Shown piece after piece: positions 19,502-29,064 of a DNA stretch of 58,688 nucleotides. The DNA lies in IMG/VR virus record IMGVR_UViG_3300037041_002703, positions 1 through 58,688 of that record. The stretch is one strand, 5' to 3'. How positions within the stretch are numbered: the first letter of the stretch is position 1; each line of letters starts with the position of its first letter. The notes beneath the pieces were generated by a model. That model ran no database searches. It had not been told where the DNA came from and worked only from the letters and a program-made list of their open reading frames with translations. The position numbers and the translations under genes are program-made. Source of the stretch: a virus. Its lineage: Duplodnaviria; Caudoviricetes.

Positions 19502-20433
19502 AAAAATTTATTATTACAACAACAATCAATAGCCCAACAGAAGCTACAATCAAATTTTGTGAAATAGCTGATAAAAAAGATTTTACATTTGTGATTATTG
19601 GTGACACCAAAACACCACACGAAGAATATAGATTACTCGAAAAAAAATATAATAATGTAATTTATCTTGCTCCGGAAAATCAAGAATTTCTTTATCCAGA
19701 CCTTTCAGAAATAATCGGATGGAAAACAATTCAAAGAAGGAACATTGGATTTGTTTATGCATATCAGCGAGGAGCAGACGTTGTAGCCACGGTAGATGAC
19801 GACAATATTCCATACGATACTTGGGGTGATAATATCATGGTTGGTAAAGAAATGGTTGTTGACCTATACGAAAATATTTCATGCCCGTATTTTGACGCAA
19901 TTTCAACAACTGAACACAATGATTTGTGGCATAGAGGATTTCCTATCGAATATCTGCAAGTAAAAAATGATATTGAATACAAAGGTCAAATAACAATCAC
20001 ACCTTTAGTTCAGGCAGAGTTTTGGGATGGTGACCCAGATATTGATGCAATTTGTAGGTTGAGTAAAAAACCTATCGTGAAATTCAATAAATTTACACCG
20101 TTTACCACAACTCAACTCACCCCGTTCAATTCACAAAACACATTTCTTCATCGAAATGTTTTGAAAAATTATTCCGTATTCCCATACACAGGAAGAATGG
20201 ATGATATATGGGGAGCATACGTAATGCAACACTACCACCCTAATTCAGTTGTTTTCACTAGTGCTTCTGTTTACCAAGCAAGAAACCCACAAGATTTGGT
20301 TAAGAATTTGGAGAACGAAGTGATTGGCTACAGAAATACTTTAAAATTGCTTGAAAACATAAACGAATATGAAACTATCTTACCGGAACAAACCGTGAAG
20401 TATTTCGAAATATACCAAAAACATTTTGACTAA
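19498..20433 (+). CDS. STELLO/GT75 (reversibly glycosylated polypeptide)-like protein
   Basis: ITTTIN.PT, IGDTKTP, RRNIGFVYAY..GA...VDDDN, HRGFP, DPDIDAI, PFNSQNT, RMDDIW. Confidence 0.75.
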   Translation: MKKFIITTTINSPTEATIKFCEIADKKDFTFVIIGDTKTPHEEYRLLEKKYNNVIYLAPENQEFLYPDLSEIIGWKTIQRRNIGFVYAYQRGADVVATVDDDNIPYDTWGDNIMVGKEMVVDLYENISCPYFDAISTTEHNDLWHRGFPIEYLQVKNDIEYKGQITITPLVQAEFWDGDPDIDAICRLSKKPIVKFNKFTPFTTTQLTPFNSQNTFLHRNVLKNYSVFPYTGRMDDIWGAYVMQHYHPNSVVFTSASVYQARNPQDLVKNLENEVIGYRNTLKLLENINEYETILPEQTVKYFEIYQKHFD

Positions 20434-21060
20434 ATGAAACTTATCTTTGACATTGGTGCAAATAGAGGACGTACCGCAGAAATTTTTCTAAACCACGCAG
20501 AAAAAGTTATTAGCTTTGAACCAAATCCTGGGTTGGTAAATTACCTTAAGAGTCGTTTTCCTAAACCTAAACTTCATGTGGATAATCGAGCAATTTCCCA
20601 CGAGAAAGGAACTCAAGAATTTAAACTAGCTAATGTTGATACAATATCTACCTTATCAACCGACTGGGTAGAAAACTCAAGATTCACTGGCGAATACCGC
20701 TGGGACAATTCAATTATGGTTGAAACACTTACTTTGTCGGATGCAATTGCTGAATATGGGATTCCTGATTACATTAAAATCGATACCGAGGGTTATGAAT
20801 ATGAAATTTTAACAAATTTCCACGAGTTGTTACCCGATACTTTGATTGCCTTCGAATGGGCTGAAGAGCAAAAAGAAAAAATTTCTTTAATCTTGAAACA
20901 TTTAAACAATCTAGGTTATGACAACTTTGCATATACTGAAGGTGACCCAGTGTTATTTGAAAATCAAATCAGTTGGTCAGCATTTGATGATTTCAAATTA
21001 ATTGACATTTTGGATTCAAGTAGAAAGGCCTTATGGGGGATGATTTACTTCAAAAAATAA
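20434..21060 (+). CDS. FkbM-family methyltransferase
   Basis: FDIGANRG, FEPNP, IKIDTEGYE. Confidence 0.9.
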   Translation: MKLIFDIGANRGRTAEIFLNHAEKVISFEPNPGLVNYLKSRFPKPKLHVDNRAISHEKGTQEFKLANVDTISTLSTDWVENSRFTGEYRWDNSIMVETLTLSDAIAEYGIPDYIKIDTEGYEYEILTNFHELLPDTLIAFEWAEEQKEKISLILKHLNNLGYDNFAYTEGDPVLFENQISWSAFDDFKLIDILDSSRKALWGMIYFKK

Positions 21061-21090
21061 AAACTTATGATTTTTGTAAAATAGATTAAA

Positions 21091-22218
21091 ATGAAAAAAA
21101 TTGTTGTTCTTGGTGGTGGTGGTTTTATTGGAGGTCACCTCGCTCACAGACTGAAAAATGAAGGACATTGGGTTCGTATTTGTGACATTGAACGACATGA
21201 ATATTGGAACCATGAAGACATTTGTCATGAATTCATTGTTGGTGACCTGCGTAATCCTGAGGTAGTTTCATTAGTAATTGACGACACTATTGATGAAGTG
21301 TATCAACTTGCTGCTGACATGGGTGGCGCTGGTTACATTTTTACCGGTGATAATGATGCAAATGTGATGCACAATTCTGCTTTGATTAACTTGAACGTTG
21401 TTCACGAATGTGCGAAGAAAAAAGTTGGCAAGGTGTTTTACTCATCTTCAGCTTGCATGTATCCCGAACACAATCAACTTGACCCTAACAATCCTAACTG
21501 TGAGGAGTCTTCGGCATATCCTGCTAATCCGGACTCAGAATATGGTTGGGAAAAACTTTTCTCTGAAAGATTGTTTTTGGCTTTCAATAGAAACTACGGA
21601 CTGAATGTAAGAGTTGCTCGCTTCCATAATATTTTTGGTCCTATGGGAACTTGGACTGGTGGTAAAGAAAAAGCTCCAGCTGCTATGTGTAGAAAAGCCG
21701 CAGAAATCGATGATACCTCTAAAGTTCCAGGAGAGGCAATACGCAATCATGAATTAGAAGTATGGGGTGACGGACAGCAAACCCGTTCCTTCCTCTATGT
21801 TGATGAATGTGTAGAAGCTGTTTTGAGAATGATGGAATCTGATTTTATTGGTCCGGTGAATATTGGTTCAGAAGAAATGGTGACTATCAACCAATTAGCT
21901 GAAATGGCTATCAACATTTCTAGAAAAGAAATTACCGTAAAAAACATCGCAGGTGAAGAATTCAAAGGTAAATATGGATTTAATTGCCCGGTTGGTGTTC
22001 GTGGTAGAAACTCAGACAACAAATTGTTTAGAGAAAAGATTGGTTGGGAAGTTTCACAACCATTACGTGAGGGAATGGAAAAAACTTATGCTTGGATTAA
22101 CCAGCAAGTTGAAAAGAAAAAATCTGAGCAGGTTTACATTTATGAATCTCCCGATGGTGGTAAAACAGTTTATCGCAGAGAATTCGGAGAGCCACATTCT
22201 AAAAGAGAAATTGTGTGA
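21091..22218 (+). CDS. GDP-mannose 3,5-epimerase-like extended SDR
   Basis: GGGGFIG, LAADMGGAGYI, SSSACMYPE, YGWEK, GGKEKAPAAMCRK, WGDGQQTRSF, GVRGRNSDN. Confidence 0.88.
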   Translation: MKKIVVLGGGGFIGGHLAHRLKNEGHWVRICDIERHEYWNHEDICHEFIVGDLRNPEVVSLVIDDTIDEVYQLAADMGGAGYIFTGDNDANVMHNSALINLNVVHECAKKKVGKVFYSSSACMYPEHNQLDPNNPNCEESSAYPANPDSEYGWEKLFSERLFLAFNRNYGLNVRVARFHNIFGPMGTWTGGKEKAPAAMCRKAAEIDDTSKVPGEAIRNHELEVWGDGQQTRSFLYVDECVEAVLRMMESDFIGPVNIGSEEMVTINQLAEMAINISRKEITVKNIAGEEFKGKYGFNCPVGVRGRNSDNKLFREKIGWEVSQPLREGMEKTYAWINQQVEKKKSEQVYIYESPDGGKTVYRREFGEPHSKREIV

Positions 22219-22655
22219 TAAAACATTACATTTCACATCGAGGAAACGTCGATGGTAAAATTAAAAACATAGAGAACTCTCCAGATTATGTCCAAAGAGC
22301 TTTGTCTTTGGGATACGAAGTTGAAATAGACGTGTGGTTCGTTGATGACTCATTTTATTTGGGTCACGACGAACCGCTTTATTTGGTACAAGAATCGTTT
22401 CTGGAAAACGAAAATTTTTGGTGTCATGCAAAGAACGAAGAGGCTTTTAATAAAATGATGATAAACTCTAATATTCATTGTTTCTGGCATCAGACGGATG
22501 ATTATACTTTGACATCCAAAGGCATCCCCTGGGTCTTCCCCGGCAAAAAAGTTTATAATAATGGTATTTGGGTTTTACCTGAAAACACAATTTATAAAAA
22601 CATTATGTTGGATTGTTTGGGAATATGTTCTGATTATATTTCGAATTACAAATGA
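22215..22655 (+). CDS. Minimal GDPD/PLC-like phosphodiesterase-fold protein
   Basis: ISHRGN, ENS, EIDVW, LGHD, GICSD. Confidence 0.7.
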   Translation: MIKHYISHRGNVDGKIKNIENSPDYVQRALSLGYEVEIDVWFVDDSFYLGHDEPLYLVQESFLENENFWCHAKNEEAFNKMMINSNIHCFWHQTDDYTLTSKGIPWVFPGKKVYNNGIWVLPENTIYKNIMLDCLGICSDYISNYK

Positions 22656-24016
22656 TTAAATTAGTGGTTTTTGATTTAGATGGTGTTTTAGTTGAAGCAA
22701 AACAACTACACTATGAAGCTTTAAATGAAGCATTAACCAAACATGCACCCGAGTGTGTTATTACCTGGACTGAACACCTATCAAAATACGATGGTTTAAA
22801 AACAAAACAAAAACTCGAACTACTGTCCCTTGAAAAAGGTTTAAACAATAATATGTACTCCGAAATTTGGGAAGAAAAACAAAAGATTACAAATGAAAAA
22901 TTAAGAACAATAACCCCCCATTCTAATCTAATTACTCTATTAAAAAAACTATCTGAGGATGGATTTAAGATAGCTTGCTGCAGCAATTCAATAAGAAAGA
23001 CTGTTTTGACAGTATTATCAAAACTAAACATTATTGAATATTTCGACCAAATTCTTTCAAACGAGGATGTAAAAAATAGCAAACCACACCCGGAGATTTA
23101 TTGGAAGGTAATTTCAGAGATGGGCGTTATTGCAGAAGAAACATTAATAATTGAGGATTCACCTTATGGACTTTTGGCGGCATCAAGAACTCATGCTCCT
23201 ATACTAAGAGTTTCGTCACCAAAGGAAGTTACCATAGAAAATCTCTATGGAAAATTAAAAGAATTAAATGCAAAGTTTAAAATGAAGAAACCTAAATGGA
23301 CTGATGAAAAACTTAACGTTTTGATTCCAATGGCGGGAGCTGGTTCGAGATTTGAAAAAGCTGGTTATACATTTCCTAAACCACTTATTGATATTGAAGG
23401 GGACCCTATGATTAAATTGGTTACTGAGAACTTAAATCTACGGGCAAACTTTATTTACATAGTTCAAAAATCCCACCGGGAAAAATATAACCTAGACACA
23501 TTGCTTAATTTAATATCGCCCAACTGTAAAATTGTTGAGGTTGATGGTCTTACAGAAGGTGCTGCTTGCACAACCCTATTGGCTAAAGAATTTATTGATA
23601 ACGAAAATCCGCTAATAATGGCAAACTCAGACCAGTATATTGAATGGGACTCCAATGAGTTTATGTATAAGATGACAGAAACCAATTGTGATGGAGGAAT
23701 AGTCACTTTCAAATCTACGCACCCTAAATGGTCTTTTGCTAAGGTTAATGAAAATGGTCTAGTAAGTGAAGTAGCTGAAAAAAAACCCATCTCTGATATT
23801 GCCACAGTCGGGATATACTATTGGAAGAAAGGTGCGGAATATGTAAAATATGCTGAGCAAATGATTGAAAAAAATATAAGGGTAAATAATGAGTTTTATG
23901 TGTGTCCAGTTTTTAACGAAGCTATAGAGGACGGAAAAGAAATTAGGACCTTTGAAATAAAAAAAATGATGGGTTTGGGAACACCAGAGGATTTATCTAC
24001 CTATTTGAGACGATAA
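22652..24016 (+). CDS. HAD phosphatase fused to a sugar-phosphate nucleotidyltransferase-like domain
   Basis: FDLDGVL, KPHPEIY, IEDS in the N-half. IPMAGAGSRF...PKPLI, ANSDQ, AEKK, GLGTPED in the C-half. Confidence 0.88.
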   Translation: MIKLVVFDLDGVLVEAKQLHYEALNEALTKHAPECVITWTEHLSKYDGLKTKQKLELLSLEKGLNNNMYSEIWEEKQKITNEKLRTITPHSNLITLLKKLSEDGFKIACCSNSIRKTVLTVLSKLNIIEYFDQILSNEDVKNSKPHPEIYWKVISEMGVIAEETLIIEDSPYGLLAASRTHAPILRVSSPKEVTIENLYGKLKELNAKFKMKKPKWTDEKLNVLIPMAGAGSRFEKAGYTFPKPLIDIEGDPMIKLVTENLNLRANFIYIVQKSHREKYNLDTLLNLISPNCKIVEVDGLTEGAACTTLLAKEFIDNENPLIMANSDQYIEWDSNEFMYKMTETNCDGGIVTFKSTHPKWSFAKVNENGLVSEVAEKKPISDIATVGIYYWKKGAEYVKYAEQMIEKNIRVNNEFYVCPVFNEAIEDGKEIRTFEIKKMMGLGTPEDLSTYLRR

Positions 24017-24062
24017 TTGTTTTTTTTCTAAATAAAATACCTATTTTCTTAAAAAAACATCA

Positions 24063-24449
24063 ATGATATCAATTCCAGTAAGTGTAGGCGAACTTCTAGA
24101 CAAATTGTCAATTTTACACATTAAAAAGTTAAAAATACAAAACCCAAATAAATTAGAAAAAGTAGCAATCGAATACAAGTTGTTGTACGAAATTTCGGAG
24201 AATTATTTAGGAATCAAAGAATATTTTAATCTTTATGATGATTTAATTCAAACTAATTCTATACTTTGGGAAGTTGAAGACAGGTTAAGAATTTTAGAAA
24301 AAAATAAAACTTTCAATGAAGAGTTTGTCGAATTAGCCCGAAAAGTTTATTACACCAATGATGAACGGTTCGAATTGAAAAACAAAATTAATCTTATTTC
24401 TAATTCAGAAATACAAGAACAAAAAAGCTACGAAGATTATAAAAATTAA
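24063..24449 (+). CDS. DUF6165-like protein
   Basis: PVSVGELLDKLSIL.IK...LWEVED..R...FVELARKVY.TNDERF..K..IN...EQKSY. Confidence 0.75.
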   Translation: MISIPVSVGELLDKLSILHIKKLKIQNPNKLEKVAIEYKLLYEISENYLGIKEYFNLYDDLIQTNSILWEVEDRLRILEKNKTFNEEFVELARKVYYTNDERFELKNKINLISNSEIQEQKSYEDYKN

Positions 24450-24452
24450 AAT

Positions 24453-25178
24453 ATGAGAAAAAAACCGTCTCCAACACCTTCTTACCTGGTGCAGGAAAGT
24501 CCAAGAAACAAAAAGGAAATTATTCAATCTATATTGAAGAAAAAAACTAAGGAAAAGTTCTTGTCTGAAAGTCAAAAAGAATATTACAACAAACTTCAGG
24601 AAGCTCAAATCACCATATGTTCCGGACCTGCGGGTGTTGGGAAAAGTTATATTGCGATGAAAGCTGCAATCGATTTGTTGGTTGACCCCGACACTCCTTA
24701 TGAAAAAATTATCATTGTAAGACCGGCAGTAGAAGCTGAAGAAAAATTGGGCTCTCTTCCAGGCAACGTCGAAGAAAAGTTAGACCCTTATATTTTCCCA
24801 ACCTATTATCTGTTGAACAAAATTATTGGTAAGGACGCTAGAGAAAAACTAAAAGAAATGGAAGTTATTGAAGTGTTTGCTTTAGCATATATGCGAGGAA
24901 TGAACATTGATAATTCAATTCTAATATTTGAAGAAGCTCAAAACTCTACACCAAACCAAATGAAATTGTTGTTAACAAGAATTGGTTTTAATTCTAAATT
25001 CTTTATATCTGGAGATTTGGAACAAACCGATAGATACAAAGATAAAACCCACTCAGGGCTTTATGATGCGATTAATAGATTCAACAACGTAAAACAAATT
25101 ATGTGTCATGAATTTTCTCAAGGTGACGTTGTACGTAATCCCTTAATCACAAAAATTCTAGAGAAATACGACGAATGA
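24453..25178 (+). CDS. phoH: PhoH-family ATPase
   Basis: GPAGVGKS Walker A, RPAVE, LG.LPG, AYMRG, EEAQN, GDLEQTD, VVRNPL. Confidence 0.93.
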   Translation: MRKKPSPTPSYLVQESPRNKKEIIQSILKKKTKEKFLSESQKEYYNKLQEAQITICSGPAGVGKSYIAMKAAIDLLVDPDTPYEKIIIVRPAVEAEEKLGSLPGNVEEKLDPYIFPTYYLLNKIIGKDAREKLKEMEVIEVFALAYMRGMNIDNSILIFEEAQNSTPNQMKLLLTRIGFNSKFFISGDLEQTDRYKDKTHSGLYDAINRFNNVKQIMCHEFSQGDVVRNPLITKILEKYDE

Positions 25179-25774
25179 AAATTGCTATAGAAATAAACGG
25201 AGTGCTTCGAGATACAGTAAAGAAAATTGAACAGGTATACGAGAAGTTTTATGTTGAAAATATTCTTAATGAAGAAAGAGATTTTGTTTATGAAAAAATT
25301 TCTGATATTACAACTTTAAAGTTACAAGACCATTTAAAGTTTAAAGATGACGATGAACTATATGATTTTTTATACACAGAGCACTGTATGGAAGTTTTTG
25401 GTCACGCACCATCTGCTGAATATAATAGCTTTATTGATTTAAATGATTTTTATGTTGACCACAGAGACAATCATGAAATTTTATTAATTTCTGACGAAAT
25501 TGGTAAGTCCAAACCCGCAACTTTATTTTTCTTATCTAAGTTTGGGTGTCAAATAGAAAAAATAGTTTTTTACAACCAAATTACACTAAATTCTGTTTGG
25601 AATGAAATTGACCTTTTACTTACTGCTAATCCTGATTTATTATTAAATCATCCGGAGGGAAAAAAAGTTATAAAATATAATACGTCGTATAATAGTGAAA
25701 TAACACAAATAACAAGTATAGAAAAAATAAAAGAACTTAAAAACTTAATTAAAAATGATACCAATTTGGGATGA
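25175..25774 (+). CDS. 5'(3')-deoxyribonucleotidase-like HAD protein with degenerate catalytic motif
   Basis: MKIAIEINGVLRD in place of I.IDIDGVL.D, and a C-terminal YN...I motif. Confidence 0.55.
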   Translation: MKIAIEINGVLRDTVKKIEQVYEKFYVENILNEERDFVYEKISDITTLKLQDHLKFKDDDELYDFLYTEHCMEVFGHAPSAEYNSFIDLNDFYVDHRDNHEILLISDEIGKSKPATLFFLSKFGCQIEKIVFYNQITLNSVWNEIDLLLTANPDLLLNHPEGKKVIKYNTSYNSEITQITSIEKIKELKNLIKNDTNLG

Positions 25775-26033
25775 GAATTATTTTATTGACCTAGACAAAG
25801 TTGAAGAATTTATTGACTTAACTTCGGTTGTAAATGAAGAACTTAGTGGAAATACTAGTGAACAAAAAATTAATCTAGTAAAATTTGAAATGGTAAAATT
25901 GATGCTAGATGTTATTATGAGTGAACAATCAGAATCGGATGAAAAACTTGGTCTGAAAAATTCTGAGTTGTCAATCCCATTTAGATTGGCATTTAATTCA
26001 TTACTTTATAAAAAAATTATAACAAGTTATTAA
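25755..26033 (+). CDS. Hypothetical protein
   Basis: 92 aa ORF overlapping its upstream neighbour. Confidence 0.7.
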   Translation: MIPIWDENYFIDLDKVEEFIDLTSVVNEELSGNTSEQKINLVKFEMVKLMLDVIMSEQSESDEKLGLKNSELSIPFRLAFNSLLYKKIITSY

Positions 26034-26036
26034 AAA

Positions 26037-27092
26037 ATGGAACAACAACAAATAGATAAAGTTAAAAGTTCAATCCAAAATCTTAAGGAAAGAAACTCGA
26101 AGGTGTATTTTTTTGTGCACGATACAAAGGGAAATGCAAAAGCTTCAATAAAATACATTTATGATATTGCATTATCATTAAAAAAGTCTGGATTCAACTC
26201 AATAATCCTACATGAAAAAACGGATTATACTGGAGTTGCAAGTTGGCTAGGGGAAAATTACATGACGGAATTACCTCACCAAGCTATTGAAGGTCAGAAT
26301 CTTGAGATTGCCCCCGAAGATTTCTTGGTAGTACCTGAAATTTTTGGTTTTATGATGGAACAACTCAAAAATTTGCCTTGTGGAAAAATTGTCTTAGCAC
26401 AATCTTATGCCTACATGCTCGAAACCTTACAACCCGGTCAAACATGGAATCAATTTGGTTTTTTGAAAACTATCACAACATCAGAAGCTCAAAAAGAACA
26501 AATTGCTAAAGTAATGCGAGGCCAAAGCTATGATGTTTTGGAACCAGCTATTTCTGACGTTTTTGAAAAAAGAGAACTACCTCCACTACCAATTATTGGA
26601 GTTCACACTAAAGAACAATCAGATACTATAAATTTGATTAAAACTTTTTATTTAAGATTTCCCCAATACCGATGGTTTACTTTCAGAGACCTCAGAGGGT
26701 TATCTCAAGAAGAATTTGCTGATGCAATATCTCAATGTTTTGTTTCAGTTTGGATGGACCGAGAAAGTGGTTATGGAACATATCCGCTAGAATCAATGAA
26801 AGTGGGTGTTCCGGTAATTGGTTTAACGCCAAACTTAATTCCAGAGTGGATGAACGAAACCAATGGAATTTGGATTAAAGACCAATTGCTTTTACCTGAT
26901 GTCATTGCAGATTGGACACAAAATTGGCTTGAAGATAATATTTCACCCGAAATATACAAAAGCATGGAAGAAACTTTGAGTAAACTACCAAGTCAAGAAA
27001 CATTTAATAAAAAAGTGGTTGAGTTGTTTTCAGAATATTTGGATATGAGAGCACAAGCCATGGAAGAACAAATTTCAAAAATTTCAGAGTAA
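26037..27092 (+). CDS. Putative GT-B glycosyltransferase
   Basis: LVVPEI, ESGYGTYPLESMKVGVPVIG (E-x7-E-like GT4 motif). Confidence 0.7.
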   Translation: MEQQQIDKVKSSIQNLKERNSKVYFFVHDTKGNAKASIKYIYDIALSLKKSGFNSIILHEKTDYTGVASWLGENYMTELPHQAIEGQNLEIAPEDFLVVPEIFGFMMEQLKNLPCGKIVLAQSYAYMLETLQPGQTWNQFGFLKTITTSEAQKEQIAKVMRGQSYDVLEPAISDVFEKRELPPLPIIGVHTKEQSDTINLIKTFYLRFPQYRWFTFRDLRGLSQEEFADAISQCFVSVWMDRESGYGTYPLESMKVGVPVIGLTPNLIPEWMNETNGIWIKDQLLLPDVIADWTQNWLEDNISPEIYKSMEETLSKLPSQETFNKKVVELFSEYLDMRAQAMEEQISKISE

Positions 27093-27094
27093 TT

Positions 27095-27901
27095 ATGGAA
27101 AACATTTTAGATATAACAATTATTTTACCAATTAAATCAGCGGTAGCTAAAGATTTCGAAGAGTTATTCGATAAAGCTGTTCAATCAGTAAAAAATCAAA
27201 AAGTAAAAGTTAAGGAACTTCTTATTGTAACCACAGCAGAAGAAAAACTTAATGCACACGTTGATTCATACGATTTTGGGGACTTGTCACACAGAAAAAT
27301 TGTATGGGATAAAGAACCTACTTTTTCCGCACAAATAAATTTTGGTGTTGAAAACTCAAATTCTAAATGGGTTTCTTTTTTTGAGTTTGATGATGAATAT
27401 GCAAATATTTGGTTCGATAATGTCAAAAAGTACATGGAATACTATCCGATGGTTCAAGCATTTTTACCAGTAGTTGTTGATACTGATGAAAAGGGGGCTT
27501 TTGCCGGATTTACTAATGAAGCGGTTTTTGCCGCAAATTTTGCTCAAGAAGTTGGCTATTTAACAAACGATATTTTGCAAGACTATCAAAACTTTCAAAC
27601 ATCAGGTATGGTTATTCGTAAGGATGTCATCGAAGATTTTGGTGGATTTAAACCATCACTTAAATTGACGTTTGTATATGAATTTTTGTTACGACTTACT
27701 TACAATTCAACATCAATTATGACAATTCCTAGAATTGGCTACAAGCATACAAATATGAGAGAAGGTTCAATTTTTTGGAACTATAAATTTGGAACAGACA
27801 AGATGGTAGATGATGAAGTAAAGTTCTGGGTTCAAACAGCAAAAAAGGAATATTTCTTCAAAGAAGACCGAACCATAAATTATCAATTACAAAATGATTA
27901 A
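27095..27901 (+). CDS. GT2-like glycosyltransferase
   Basis: ITIILPI, SVKNQ, INFGV, FFEFDDE, FGGFK, EFLLR. Confidence 0.75.
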   Translation: MENILDITIILPIKSAVAKDFEELFDKAVQSVKNQKVKVKELLIVTTAEEKLNAHVDSYDFGDLSHRKIVWDKEPTFSAQINFGVENSNSKWVSFFEFDDEYANIWFDNVKKYMEYYPMVQAFLPVVVDTDEKGAFAGFTNEAVFAANFAQEVGYLTNDILQDYQNFQTSGMVIRKDVIEDFGGFKPSLKLTFVYEFLLRLTYNSTSIMTIPRIGYKHTNMREGSIFWNYKFGTDKMVDDEVKFWVQTAKKEYFFKEDRTINYQLQND

Positions 27902-28647
27902 TGTTAGAAACATTAACGGCGACTACCGAGGATGTTTCGTCAAAAAAAAGGGGCCGTAAGGCAACCACAACAAACTATTTTGACGTCCGCGAGGAGGAAG
28001 CTGTAAGAGCATTCCTCCTTGCAGAATCATATGAGGAAAAAAACAAAATTTATAATGAATATCTAAGGGCTCCTTTAGATAAAATGATTTCGTCAATTAT
28101 CCGAAGGTATAAATTGTATCGTAAAGACATGGATTTCAGAGAAACTCATGTTGATACTCATTCATTTTTAATGACCAAAGTAGATAAGTTTAAGCCTGCA
28201 AAGAATAAAAAAGCTTACTCTTATTTTGGAACGATTTGTAAAAACTATTTGATGGGTCAAATAATCAAGGACCAAAAAGATTTAAATAGAAAAGTATCTT
28301 ACGAAGACATATCGATGTCTTTAGAACAACGTCCTGATATGATTTACACCATAGAAAATGATAACATAGAAATGGAAGTTGTTATACAAAAATATTTGGA
28401 GGAATTAAAAGAATACATAAACACAGAAAATCTCTCGGACAATGAAACTAAACTAGGATTTGCGTTAGTAGATTTATTTGAAAATTATGATACAATATTC
28501 AGCGGAGCGGATAATAATAAGTTCAATAAAAACATAATTTTGTTGTCTCTTCGGGAGATGACAAATCTTTCAACAAAAGAAATAAGAAATTCAATGAAAA
28601 AATTTAAAAAATTATATTCTGTTGTTCAGGCAACAATGAAATATTAA
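27901..28647 (+). CDS. Phage sigma factor (T4 gp55-like late sigma)
   Basis: Sigma region 2-like KVDKFKPAKNKKAYSYFGTICKNYL. Lies immediately before the structural genes. Confidence 0.7.
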   Translation: MLETLTATTEDVSSKKRGRKATTTNYFDVREEEAVRAFLLAESYEEKNKIYNEYLRAPLDKMISSIIRRYKLYRKDMDFRETHVDTHSFLMTKVDKFKPAKNKKAYSYFGTICKNYLMGQIIKDQKDLNRKVSYEDISMSLEQRPDMIYTIENDNIEMEVVIQKYLEELKEYINTENLSDNETKLGFALVDLFENYDTIFSGADNNKFNKNIILLSLREMTNLSTKEIRNSMKKFKKLYSVVQATMKY

Positions 28648-28693
28648 CTTTTGAATAATTCAACTGATATTTCATTTATAGGTATTTATAATT

Positions 28694-29059
28694 ATGCCAC
28701 GTCCACAACGAAAAGAAATTAATTTCAGTAAAGAATCAATCTTATCATTGATGCAAGAAATCTACAATGAAATTGTAGAACAAAGGAATACTGCTCTCAG
28801 AATTCAAAATAAATTGATTGCCATGATGAGAGAACCAGAAGATATGAGTAAAATAAGCTCAGTTCTTGAAAAACAACAAAAAATTATAAATGATTGTGTT
28901 GAGAAAAAATTGAGCTTATCTAGACTACAAAGTTCCATCTGGGAAAAAACAACAAACAACCAGGAAAGTTTTACTTTGTCAGATATGGATGAAGATTTAA
29001 TGGAAAAATTACTTGATAAAGATTCTGAAATTGAGGACAATTCAAATTACAGAATGTAA
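28694..29059 (+). CDS. Hypothetical helical protein
   Basis: 121 aa ORF with TATTTAT at 28683. Confidence 0.7.
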   Translation: MPRPQRKEINFSKESILSLMQEIYNEIVEQRNTALRIQNKLIAMMREPEDMSKISSVLEKQQKIINDCVEKKLSLSRLQSSIWEKTTNNQESFTLSDMDEDLMEKLLDKDSEIEDNSNYRM

Positions 29060-29064
29060 GTCAA

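Noticed and set aside
4323-27901. Bacterial capsule/O-antigen locus or prophage-flanking host DNA
   Set aside because: No transport or polymerase genes are present. The block is interleaved with phage-type exonuclease, dut and phoH and is coupled to the phage sigma gene.
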